Origin: Chiloscyllium plagiosum
Taxonomy: Eukaryota
Direction: 5' to 3'
Assembly (NCBI RefSeq): GCF_004010195.1
Contig: NC_057719.1
Coordinates: 30,641,619-30,705,618 of the forward strand
Length of the DNA: 64,000 nt
Part shown: piece by piece, positions 27,253 to 39,389 of the stretch
How positions within the stretch are numbered: position 1 is the stretch's first letter
Layout: the number at the start of each line of letters is the position of its first letter
Made by a program: the position numbers and the translations under genes
Notes under the pieces: model-generated
Databases searched by the model: none
Told to the model about the DNA's origin: nothing
What the model saw: only the letters and a program-made list of their open reading frames with translations

Positions 27253-28616
27253 ACATTATGTTAGCAGCACATCCAGATTAAATATTGTTGATCTTGTTTT
27301 GACTGTACCCAGATTATATTTTACTTTCTTGCGCACGCCTTACGTTGACAATTTATAAAAGGTTGCATTTATTGACACCTTTTAGAATGGGTCAAACGAA
27401 CCACGTTGCCAGACCCGCCCAATTTTTAAAAAAACTTTTTGTTGTCTAAGTGTCTGAAAGCACCGCCCTCTCTTTTGTTCCGGCTGTATCCCCGGAAGAG
27501 CCGATGGTTCAGTCGGTGTGAGCAGTGGTTGCGGTTGAAGGCACGGTTCTTCCGCACAGATTTCAGAATATCGTTGCGGTGCAGTGCGATGAAGTAATGT
27601 AAAATGCAATCAACAGTTGCGCGTAGTTGTGACAAACCATCGTGTTCCCTTATTCCTTGTATTTACTTGTAGCCCAGCCACGCCTGGACGTAAACGTGTG
27701 GGACGTTTGTCAGCATGACCTGTACATGATATGCACCAACTGTTTTAACGTGTATTCATACTCCGGGTCCAAATTACATTTTAAAAATTATAAAATTCAT
27801 TTGGTGTTTATATAATAAAAACTTTTCCAGTACAGGCATGTCAGAGGTTCAGTAGCACGATACGCATTAAGTAAGACGTGGTCTAATGAAACAAACTGTT
27901 GTGTGCGTGTTGTCAACATCTGCATGGTGGAATGATACAACACAACAATCCCACAAAAAGCCAAAGTAATGTTTCTGCATTGATTTTCCAAAGAGATATG
28001 AGCACCTACACCCACATCTCAACCATTACAGAAGCAACTGTGTAGCGTAAACAATCGCCTTCTGGGAGGAGTCCCTTCCCGTTGGCCGAATATTGACTGT
28101 TTATTCCATCCTTCTGTGTGGGGGGAATGTATGATGAGTTGGCTGCCGCCTGCCGCAGGACACCGCCATGTGCCTACAATCCAAGGGTGTCTTCCGACTC
28201 ACAACTCCACCTAACAACACGACACAGCCATACACAGCATTCATCTCCAGCCAAAAAAACAACTCAGTTCAGCCACTCTTCGGAAGCAAGAGCATCGATG
28301 GTCTCCACAGACAATATACTTCTGTTTTAATTGCCATATGCGAGGCGGACGCATGCAATTCGTCCTGCACTCTGCAGTGTGAGATCATTCATGCACGAAT
28401 CCTTTCTGATGTTGCTGAGCCTCAGCCCGGTTTAGGAATTTCGCTTGAATATATGTTTTAGAAATCTAATTTTCCTTTGATCGACTGGCTTGGAATAAAA
28501 TGCGCTTGTGTGAAATGTTAACTCCAGAGGATGTCCTTTTATCTTAAGTACGCGGATTCCGAGTAACTGACTGCAATTTGCGAATGCAAGGAAAGAAAAG
28601 GTTTTGGCGATCTAAG

Positions 28617-28668
28617 ATGAAATTTCCAATAGAATCATCAAGAAAACACACTAGCTGTGACCCTCCAG
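28617..28668 (+). CDS. KCNK10: KCNK10 coding exon 1 (MKFPIESSRKHTSCDPP + G of Val)
   Basis: ATG at 28617; resembles the mammalian MKFPIETPRKQVNWDPK N-terminal variant; GT donor at 28669, phase 1, matches exon 2. Confidence 0.88.
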
Positions 28669-29411
28669 GTTCGTAGCTGTACTGAATTTGAGTGTATGTA
28701 CGTGTGGTATTTTATTCCATGAATTGAACAGTATTTGCCCATAGGGTAAATACTGTTCGGTATATCGTTCAGGTATATGTACATACACAAAGAGGTAGAC
28801 AGTGGTGGGAACTATTGCCCTTTGGCGGCCAAATTTTTTTTTCTCGTTTCTCTTTTATTTACGAACGAGAATTCGCTTATCGGGTTCCCAGTCCGGGGTC
28901 TGACAAATGCCATTATGATACGATGCTACACTGTTAACTGAGCAGTTACACCAGGGTGTCTGGGTGTATGACTGAGATTTGAACAGTAAGCTCACTTTGA
29001 ATATGCCAATCTTTTATTCATTCCAAACTGCATCTCGGCAATACCCAGTTATTTCGCCCGCTTTCTTTTTTCATTTCATCACCATTGTGATTTGATTATT
29101 GGTTCCGATTACGAGTACAGCTGGGGTGTATGTGTGTAGCTGCTTCGTGTTTTTTTTGCATTATTGCATGGACAGGCAAGCACACAGCAAAAACCCGCAG
29201 TCTGCTGCGGCGGGAAGGAATGAACAAAAAAGCCTCACTATTGCTCGAGAGCTAATTTGTTGAGACGAGTGTATGCTATTGACAAAATTAAACCAGGAAC
29301 TGATATGTTTATACCTCTTCAGCTCTAACCGTCTCCGCATTCGCTCTCCCCTATTTGCTGCTTTGCAATATTCCCGTTGAGGTGTTTTGTTAAAATGGTT
29401 CTTTCACTGCA

Positions 29412-29431
29412 GCACACACACACACACACAC
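29412..29431. repeat. (CA)n microsatellite in intron 1
   Basis: Direct reading. Confidence 0.9.
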
Positions 29432-30507
29432 TGGGAACAATTTCAAAACGTTCAGCGGCAAGACTTCCCCGATAAAAAAAACTGCTGGATGGATGTACGA
29501 TAATAACCATCTCAACTGCTCCAGCAGTCAATTACATCAATCCAAACAGCTTTTGATTTCTCCGAAACAGACTCAAGCTCTTCATCAAGTCTACTCATTT
29601 TCATGTGGCTTGAATGCAAATATCCAAACCGACTCTTTGCAGCCAGCTGCCGGGGTGGGTCGTTGTTACAGGGTGCATTAGTTTGCCACGACCCCCAGTG
29701 GAATGTTGCCTAGGAGCTGCCGTTTCGTTGCACGCAGACCGTTTCCGGTAACCCTACACAAGATGCCAGTTTCTGTTTACGTTTAGAACGATTCTAAGGC
29801 ACTGCTGCTGTCTCCGGTCACCCATCGCATTAATGGCCACTAAAACAATACCAGATAGATATAACATTATGTATTCAAATAAATTTGTATCTAACCTAAA
29901 TAGATCTTTTGTAATCAGTTCGAGCACATTTAGTATTGTCAGTTGCTGTTAGTGCAAGTCAATGGACATTATTTTGCCTGGGAAGATCGAAGTGTAGGTC
30001 CAGGAAGAAAGGCATTTTGAATTTTGTAGAGGAGAGGCACACATCTGCATGTATTTTCCAGGGTCCATTTACCCCACACATTGGGCGCAGTGCCCAGCTG
30101 TACACGCACATGCTGCACCCTCACACTACAAGCAAATCAGTCGATGAGAAACGGCAGGGAATAACACGACCGACACGAGGGAGCGCTGACGGCACGCCCC
30201 TATTTCATCCAAAGAAAATACTACTCCGGCTACAGCAACACTTTTGCATGACACATTGTACAGAGCCAACCTGAAAGGGCTGATTTGCACACAATTTAAA
30301 CAGGGCGTTTCGCTGAACCGTACACCTCCAGGAAGCATCTAATTACAAGGTCAGACTCGAAACAAAACTATGAAGTTAGTATGCATCTTGAAATGATATC
30401 AGACTGACAGTTCAGGCCCCAAATGTCCTTCTTTAGTGCACAGAGCTATAGGTTTGACCCCTCTCCACACTGGGATCAGAGTTACTCTTCAGTTGTTTTT
30501 GTTTCAG

Positions 30508-30830
30508 TCGCTGTCCAATCCACAGTGCAAGCCTGTGATCCAAAGACCAACGGGCACTACCCGGTGCCCAGGCTGTCCATATCCTCCAGGACCACGGTGG
30601 TAGCCAGCATGGACAGTGGCCCTCACACATCGCCCACAGTCATGAAGTGGAAAACGGTGCTGGCTATCTTCGTGGTCGTTGTCCTTTACCTGGTGATCGG
30701 AGGCACCGTGTTCCGAGCTCTGGAAAAACCTTTCGAAAGCAAACAGAAGCATAAGATCACGACAGAGAAATCCAGTTTCCTTCGAAATCACCCCTGTGTG
30801 AACCCCGGAGAACTTGATGCACTCATTGAG
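30508..30830 (+). CDS. KCNK10: KCNK10 exon 2 (N-terminus, M1, cap helix with Cys)
   Basis: Acceptor ttgtttcag; VAVQ...[15 protein letters not shown]...[28 protein letters not shown]...[15 protein letters not shown]; donor GTAAGA. Confidence 0.96.
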
Positions 30831-31644
30831 GTAAGAAAATGAATGCACACATGGGCTGGCCTCAGATTTAACTCCAAACACATCTCACAGTTGGAAGTGG
30901 CTGGATAAATGCGTCGGCTCGCCAAACTTGCCCCACCAAAGAAAACATTATTTTGAAAGGATAGAACTTGTTTTGGTAAAGGGAAGTAGTTGTTTTTTTT
31001 GTTTTGAGAAGGGGTGGATGTTATTGGTCAGACTTAATGCTCAGATCGCACTGACACGCCATTTCCACATGCTTGTTTTTACAAAGATCTTGTTTCACAA
31101 GTAACCGTCACCAGGTGCTTAAAGTCCAAGAAAGGATGAAGTTATCCCTCTTTCAATGAACACTTTTCAAGTAAATAGCTTAACTATCTCATGTTAAACG
31201 TAAAGGCTGCATCATGTTTATGGCAAAACCAAATCAAATTCCGGTTATTCGCACGTTCGAAAGGTAATACTCGAACAATCTACACGGTATGTGATTATGA
31301 ACTCCTGTCCATTTCTGGGAGGCCGTGTTACTCCAAACACAAGTACATATATCTCACTTTTGATTTTGACTTAGTTTAATGCATCATTATTAGCATGTGG
31401 CGATAATTCCTGTCTTCCAACAGTTCACAGACAGTGGCATTCAACAATTAAGTGTGCAGCCCTTTTGGCGCTGACATAGGGTCTTCCATTTCACCAGAGA
31501 CAACCAGTCAGATGCTGCTATTAAGAATACAGGAATAAGAACAATGGAACCTGGGTTAAATCAAGCCTTTTTAAATAAAAAAACCCATCAATAAACGCAG
31601 TATGTTACATTTAAACTTAGGTAAATATATTTCTGTTTCACTGT

Positions 31645-31832
31645 AGTCGATGGTAGTCATGATTTGGAGATGCCCTGTTGGACTGGGGTGTACAAAGTTA
31701 AAAATCACACATCAGCAGGTTATAGGCCAACAGGTTTATTTGGATACACTAGCTTTCGGAGCACTGCTCCTTCCGCAGGTGAGCAAACCTACAAAACCTC
31801 GTGCTTCCAAATAAACCTGTTGGACTAAACCA
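31645..31832. mobile_element. Penelope family-B fold-back insert
   Basis: ggactggggtgtacaaagttaaaaatcacac...ccaaataaacctgttggact; TSD gtttcactgt (31635-31644 / 31833-31842). Confidence 0.7.
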
Positions 31833-32349
31833 GTTTCACTGTTTTACTGTATATAGTGAAAGATTTGCAATTAAACACTCTTCCACACCACTTCAAAATA
31901 TTCTAAAATGTTCTACAACCTATTAGAGACTGTTAAAGAGTAACCACTGCGATAAACACAGCAGCCAATTTGCACGTGGCAAGGCCTCACATATAAGTAT
32001 TAGATAATGGCCAGATAATCTGCTTTATTTTGTAATGCTGGACTGAGGGATCATTGCTGATCAGGAATGAATTTTGGCGGAACTCTAGTCGTTTTTCATA
32101 TAGTGTCACTGGATTAGTTTTTTTTAAATCAAAATTGACACATATTGAGAATGCACAGAATCACAATTCCTGAATCATATGAAATAAAGTAGGAAGTTTT
32201 ACTAGAATTGGTTCCAAAAAAGGCCACTGATAGATACAGAATACTGATAGAAAGGATGTTATTGTAAGATTTGAAACAATTTTCGTGGGCTGTTTTCTAT
32301 AACTTTGTTACACTTGATATTGCTAGTTGAACAAGTATCAAGACCTGTT

Positions 32350-32570
32350 TATCTGATGAAAGGTCACCAACCTGAAATGCTAGCTTTACCTTCTCCTCCT
32401 CCTGAAGAAGGGCTCATGCCCGAAACGTCGATTCTCCTGCTCCTTGGATGCTGCCTGACCTGCTGCGCTTTTCCAGCAACACATTTTCAGCTCTGATCTC
32501 CAGCATCTGCAGTCCTCACTTTCTCCTCATTGACACAGCCTGATCTGAGATATTCCAAATTATTTTGCTC
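32350..32570 (+). mobile_element. Penelope family-A terminal repeat (32401-32528) nested in an older related repeat
   Basis: Near-consensus arm flanked by ttctcctc on both sides; two CTGANGA..GAAA cores about 50 nt apart. Confidence 0.7.
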
Positions 32571-33784
32571 TAATATATAAATGTTTGAGCATTATCTTAA
32601 ATATTCAAACTAGAAATGTCCAAACTTATTTTTAAAGTGGGCCATGAAATAGAATTGGGCTTATCATAACAGTTCCAGTATAAAACACGTATTAAAGAAA
32701 AGTTTAACTCAGACAATAGAAATACTTCCTTTCAAGCTTTATTACAAAAAATGTTAAATTTAATACTATAACTTCCACTTGCTGCTGGTTTCTGAAATGA
32801 CCAGCTTGAGGATAGTTAAAACAACAACATTACATATTCATTTGAACCTTTGACAAAATAAAAAGTCTCAAGGCCCATTGCAGGAGCATTAAAAACAAAG
32901 TATAACACTGAACCATATTTTTAATAATTCTTTGATAGGATAAGGGTATTGCCAGCAAGGCTGATATTTGTTCCCCATCCCTAAATGCAAAAGATTTCAA
33001 TCACTTAAATATTATGCCAGGTGACTAAATGCTTGATCAAGGAGTTGAGTTGAATTAATAAGTGAAACCAGGAAAATAAGGTAGGCAGGGAAGGGAGAGT
33101 GATCCAGAAATTGAGATCTCAGCAACTTCATACAGAGTCAGCATTAGTGAAGCAATTAAAATTGAGGATGTTCAAGAATCCAGAACTAAATAAGCACAGA
33201 AAATTTGGAAAAATTTTAGAAAAATAGAAAGTGATACCCTGGAGGGACTTGAGAACAATGAAGATAATTTTAAAATCATAACCTTTCTTGACAAAGAACC
33301 AGTGTAGGTCAGCAAGCATGGGAGTGATAGTGAATGAGGAAAATCACAGACAACAGTGTTTTGGATAACTTTTGGAGGTTAGAATGTGAGAGATCAATTT
33401 TATAATCCCTGTAAAGACTGTTGACAGTTAAAGTGAAATTTGAACATTTAAAAGAAATTATAGAATCAGATCATACCAGATAGTCACAAAGTTTCCATGG
33501 CACAGAAAGTAGCTATTTAGTTCATTGTGTCTCCAATGGCTGTTCAACTAAGCAAACCACCTAGTGCCATTCCCTTGCCTTTATACCATAACTGTATGAG
33601 TTCTTCCTTGTCAAATAATTGTCTAAATCTCCTTTTTGAAACCAAAGTAAAACCAGTCTGCACCACATTCTGAGGCAGGGCATTCCAGCTCCTTACCACT
33701 CACTATGTGAAGAAAGGTTTCCTCATATCACTTTTTCTATTTTTACTAATTAATCTAATTCTATGCCCTTGTTGTTTAAATAAT

Positions 33785-35520
33785 TCATATGTAGGACATG
33801 CATGTTGCTGGTTGGCCAGCATTTATTGCCTGTCCTTGGTTGCTGTTGAAAAGGTGGTGGTGAGCTGCAGTTCCTGGGGGAAGGTTGAGCCACAATACCC
33901 TTAGGGAGGGAATTCTAGAATTTTGACCCAGTGACAGTGAAGAACTGGTGATATATTTCCAAGTCAGGATGGTGAGTGGCTTGGAAGGGATCTTGCAGGT
34001 GGTGGTTTTCCTTTGTATTAGCTGGTCCTGTCCTTCTAGATGAAAATAGCTGTGGGTTTGGAAGGTACTGTCTAAGGATCTTTAATGAATTTCTGCAGTG
34101 CATTTTGCAGATAGTACACACTGCTGCTACTGAGCATTAGTGGTAGAGGGAATGGATGCTTTTGGCAGTCATGCCAATCAAGCAGGCTACTTTGGCCTGG
34201 ATGGCATCAAGCTTCTTGAGTGTTGTTGGAGTTGCACCCATCCAGGCAAGTGGGGAGTAATATTCCATCACACTCCTGCCTTGTGTCTTGTAGATGGTGG
34301 ACAGGCTTTGAGGAATCAGGAGGTGAGTTACTCGCCACAGTGTTCCTAACCTCTGACCTACTTTTGTAGCCTTTGTGTTTATGTGGCTATCCTGTTGAGT
34401 TTCTGGTCAATGGGAACCCTAAAGATGTTGATAGGGGGGATTCAGTGATGGTAACACGAGTTAATGTCAAGGGCCAGTGGTTAGATTATCATTTATTCAA
34501 CATGGTCCTTGTCTGGCATTTGTGTGGCATGAATGTTACCTGCCACTTGTCAACCCAAGCTTAGATATTGTCCAGATGTTGTTGCATTTGAATATGGACT
34601 GCTTCAATATCAAATGGTGCTGAACATTGTGCAATCATTGGTGACCACCCCCACTTATGATGGAAGGAAGATCAGTGATAATGCAGTTGAAGATAGTTGA
34701 AACTAAGACACTACCTGAAGAACTCCTGCAGATGTGTGTAGCTGAGATAACTCACTTCCAGCAACTACAACCATCTTCCTATGTGTCAGGTGTGACTCCA
34801 GCCAATGGAGGGTTTGCCTCCTAATACTCATTGATTCCCATTTCTGGGCAGATGTAACTGTACTGAAAGACCTTGACTAGACGAGCTGATTCATCAGCTG
34901 AGGGAGGTATGTCATAACCAGCAAGAGGTTTCCTTTCTCATGTTTGACCTGAAGCCATGTGGTCCAATGTTGAGGATTGCCAGGGCAGCTCCTCCCCAAC
35001 TACATGCTACAGTTCCGCCACCTCTGCTGGGTCTGTCCTGAAGGTGAATAAAATCACCAACCCAGGGTTGGTGACTGTGGCAGTGGGACATTGTCTGTCA
35101 GGTATGATTCTGTGAGTATAATTGTGTCAAGCCCCATTCAGCCTCCAGATGATAGTAAGGAGCACGTAGCAGGGTCAATGAGGTTGTTTCTTCTGTTGTC
35201 TTTTCCTGGCATCTAGGTTGATGCCTGGTGGTCTGTCCAGTTTCACTTTTTTGTTGAGACGTCATAGAGATTGATGCAACTGAGTGGCTTGGTAGGCCAT
35301 TTCAGAGGGCAGTTGAGGATCAACACATTGCTGTGGCTTTGGAATCACATGTAGGCCAGACCAGGTGATGGTGGCAGATTTCCTTCCTTAAGAACATTAG
35401 AGAACCAGATAGGTTTTACTGACACTTAACAATAGTTTCATGGTTATCAATTCCACCATCTGCTGTGGTGGGATTTGAATCTGGGTCCCCAGAACATTAC
35501 CTGAGTTTCTTGATTAATAG
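33785..35520 (-). mobile_element. Old CR1/L2-group LINE fragment
   Basis: Shares 3'-end sequence with 9830-10200 (catttattgcc...gagggaattc..gattttgacccag); no intact ORF. Confidence 0.55.
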
Positions 35521-37052
35521 TCGAGAACAAATACATTCAGGTTCCTCTGCTCCTATAAGAGCTAAATACCTCAGATGCTGGAAATTTGAAACAAACTCAG
35601 AAAATGCTGGAGAAACTCAGTAGGTTTGGAGACAAGGTTAATATTTTGAGTCTGATATTCCTCTTCTTCAGAACCTGAAGGTTCCCCTTGGCTCAGTGAG
35701 CTGCAGCTTCCTCTATCTGTCCCCAAATTAAATTGCTGAATGCCTGTTTCTGTGAATGAGAATGTAGAGATAAACACCACAAAATAGTACAGTTCCATAT
35801 CCATTTCATATCCATGACAATGTGGCATACATGGGATCTTACAAACAAAAATTTGCATTAATTAAACCAACTTTGATTCTTAAACCCACAGGAATAATTC
35901 AAATTTTGAGTGAAACCAGGGTAAGCTTCGTGTTAAATTTCCCTATTTACAATGGTGCTTTTACCTTAATTTCATCAGAGAATGACATAAGTAATTTAAA
36001 TCATTTATTGAGGTATATATAGGCCTCATCACAGATTTAGAAATGGGTCATCTATTGTTTAAGTTTATTTTCATTTTAATTGCATGTAAACGCATGAATT
36101 TGAAAGCGAGTTAGGCCATTTATGCCCTCAAGATGAGTCCGTGATTTGATAAGAATCATGGCTGACTTGACTGTGGCCTTTACTTTCTTATTTACTTCCA
36201 ATACCCTTTGAACCATTGTGGATCAAAAATCTGTCTAATTTAGGATTAACAATATTCAATGACTCTGCCTCCACTATTCTCTGGGGAAGAGAATTATATA
36301 ATACGAGAGAAACAAATTCTCTTCACCTCCAGGTTAAATGGGAGATTTTTTAAATGTCTCCTTTTAGTTTTAGTCTCATCTATAAGGGAAAGTATTCTTT
36401 CAGCAACTACCCTGTCAAGACCTCTTGGGATTTTATATGTTTGAACAAAACCATTTTACAATTGTTCTAAACCCCAATAGATACAGACCCAATGTGTCCA
36501 AACTTTCATTATCAGACAACCCCTTTATCTGAAAATCAGCTGAATGAACTTTTTTTCTGCACTACTTATGTAATTATATCCTTCCTTTAGTAAGGAGACA
36601 ATACTCCAGATGTGATTTTACCATCACCATGTACAATTGTAACAAAACTTCCTTACTCTTGCATTCCTTGCTCCTTATAATTATGACAACATTGCATTTT
36701 ATGAATCACGTACCAAAACATCTGCAGCTCTCTGTACAACAGAGTTTTGCAATACACAGAGTTCTGCAATCACTCTTTACCTAAGTAATCATCTGCCTTT
36801 CTGTTCTTCCTGCCAAAATGGACAAATTCACATTTTCTCACATTCTATGCCATCTGCCAAATTTTTGCCCAAACATTTAACTTATCTATATCTCTTTATG
36901 TCCTCTTCATAATTTACTCACCTATCATTTTGCTATTCTATCAGCAAATTAAGCAACCATTCATAAAGTTGCTTCGTCAAAGTCATTGATATAAATTGTA
37001 AATAGCTGAGGTTATGTCACTGATCCCTCTGGCACTCCAATAGCTACAGCTT

Positions 37053-37270
37053 TGAGAAAGTGAGGGCTGCAGGCGCTGGAGATCAGAATCAAAAGGTGTG
37101 GCGCTGGACAAGCACAGCAGGTCAGGCAGAATCTGAGTAGCACGAAAGTCGACGTTTCAGGCATAAACCCTTTGTCAGGAATGAAGGGCTTATGCCCGAA
37201 ATATCAACTCTCCTGTTCCTTGGATGCTGTCTGACCTGCTGTGCTTTTCCAGCGCCACACATTTTGACAC
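37053..37270. mobile_element. Penelope family-A fold-back insert
   Basis: TSD tagctacagctt (37041-37052 / 37271-37282). Confidence 0.75.
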
Positions 37271-37410
37271 TAGCTACAGCTTGTCAATCTGAAAATGATC
37301 CATTTATACTCACTTGCTATTTCATGTTAGCTATCCAATTCTTTATCTATGCTAATATGTTACCCTCTATCCCATGAGTTCCCTGTATAGTGATCATTGA
37401 TGTGGCATTG

Positions 37411-37752
37411 GACTCAGTGGTTAGCACTCACAGCGCAAGGGACCCAGGTTCAATTCCACCCTCAGACAACTGTCTGTATGGAGCTTGTACATTCTTCCTG
37501 TGTCTGCATGGGACTCTATAAGGTGCTCCGGTTTCCTCTCACAGAACACAAATGTGCAAGTTAGGTGGATTGGCCATGCTAAATTGCCATGCTCGTGTTC
37601 AGGGATGTGTAGGCTAGGTACATTAGCCATGAGAAATGCAGGGTTACAGGGAAAGGGTAGGGGAATGGGTCTGGGTGGGAAGCTTTTTGGGGTGTTGGTG
37701 GGGACCTGTTGAGCTGAATGGCCTAGTTCCATACAGTAGAGATTTTATGGAT
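37411..37752 (+). mobile_element. HE1-type V-SINE
   Basis: Head, V-domain and tail recognisable. Confidence 0.8.
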
Positions 37753-38678
37753 TCCATGGGCACATTGTCAGATGCATTCTGGAAATCCAAGTGCACCACA
37801 CATACAAGTTCCCCTTTTTTCATGTTACATGGATCCTCAAAAAGTTTAATAAATCAGTCAAATGTAATTTACTTTCTGCATACCATATTGACTGCCTGAT
37901 TGACCGATGTTAAGCTAACTACTCTAATTCTGACCTGATTAAATAAACACTCTAAGTATAATTAATCAAGGTCAATTTACAAGTTCTCCAACCAAGAGAA
38001 TCTATTTAACTTACATTTAACACTTTTGTCCCCAACCAAAACTTCAGTTTTGTAAAACTATACCTCTAAATTGCATAAATTATGGAGTCAGGTATTCACA
38101 ATACGCAAATGTTTAGAACAATCAGAGAGAATGCTGGAGAAATTCAGCAGGTCTGCCAGTATCTGTGGAGAAAGAAGTAGAGTTAAGATTTTGCATCTGG
38201 TACAATGCTTCTTCAGAACTGGAAGGTAGTGGAAATATATTTTTATACATTTGACAGAGGCAGAGGAGAAGAAATAAGTCAGAATGGTTGTTAATGGTGG
38301 AGAAAGAGAAAAAAAATGTAAAATGGGCATAAATTAGCATGTGAAAGAGAAACAATGTGTTCTCTCTACTAAGAACAAAATAAAGAAGACAAGACTGTGG
38401 GGGTTGGTGTAGGGAATGGTGGAATTGGTAGAATATAAGAAAATGGAGAGCAGACATAACACTGTCAGTTTCTGAAGTTATTGAGTTCAGTATTGTGACA
38501 TTGAGACTGTAACATGCCTAAGCAGAAAGTGAGGCTTTTTTTTCCTGAAATAACTTCACAGAGGCTGATGTCCCATCACCAAGTCACCTTTATTTACATG
38601 TGGAAAGTCCTTGATGCTGATCTAGCTCCCTCAAGAGCCAGCTCTCAGAGTGCCAAGATGTCTGACACTCCTGCTGTT

Positions 38679-39374
38679 TTTTTTTCTTTTTTCTGCGGTA
38701 GTGAATGTCAGTTTTTTTTAATGTTATTTTTTCTCCCACACTACTGCCTAACTGCGGCAGTGCTTATTTTTTTCCCCAACACCCATGTTGTGTGTGTGCA
38801 GGTGTGAGACACAGTGAAAGATACAAGGTGCACAAATCTTTATTCAAATTTCTACCACCAGGAAGAAAAGATACACCCAAGTGGCCAGTGATAAGCAGTG
38901 CCCTTCACATCAAAGGGCAATGCTGTGTGAGCAGACAGTGAAGGGGAGGGCAGGGATTAAATCAAAATAGAGTTGGAGGGGGAAATAATGCACTCCACTC
39001 CCTGCGGCACCCAACTCTCCCTGAACAATTCCAGGGTGTTGGTGGAGACTGCGTGCTCCTTTTCCAGAGACACCCGGGCTCTAATGTAACCGCAGAAGAG
39101 GGGCAGGCAGTCAGCCCTAATGACCCCCTCCACGGCCCGCTGCCTGGACCTATTTATGACCAGTTTGGCCAGGCCCATGAGCAGACCCACGAGGAGGTCT
39201 TCAGACCTGCCCTCCCTCCTCCGTACGGGGTGCCCGAAGATCAGGAGCGTGGGACTGAAGTACAACCAAAAGCAGAGGAGGAGGTTTTTTAGAAAATCAA
39301 AAAGGGAGTGCAAATGCCCACACCCAATATATGCATAGTCCACGGACTCCACAGCGCCACAGAACAAGCAGTTG
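38679..39374 (-). mobile_element. Tx1/L1-type 3'-end element, copy 1
   Basis: ORF2 C-terminus NCLFCGAVESVDYAYIGC...LLMGLAKLVINRSR...stop (38957), 3' UTR, A-rich tail. Confidence 0.8.
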
Positions 39375-39389
39375 GATACTCCTGCTGTT

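Larger units (their letters stand above)
27330..31330. promoter_or_regulatory. CpG-retaining, repeat-free promoter/5' region of KCNK10
   Basis: CG dinucleotides visibly frequent compared with CpG-depleted flanks; GC box CCCGCCC overlapping CCAAT at ~27414-27423; no recognisable TE. TSS cannot be fixed from sequence. Confidence 0.6.
36100..37920 (-). mobile_element. Old CR1-clade LINE fragment hosting a fold-back insert and an HE1 SINE
   Basis: Minus-strand RT remnants (cactgatccctctggcactcc = rc of GVPEGSV; gcattctggaaatccaag = rc of LDFQNA). Confidence 0.6.

Noticed and set aside
30423..30507. ORF-track N-terminus MSFFSAQ... for exon 2
   Set aside because: Intron 1 sequence upstream of a clear polypyrimidine/AG acceptor; exon 1 at 28617 supplies the homologous start.
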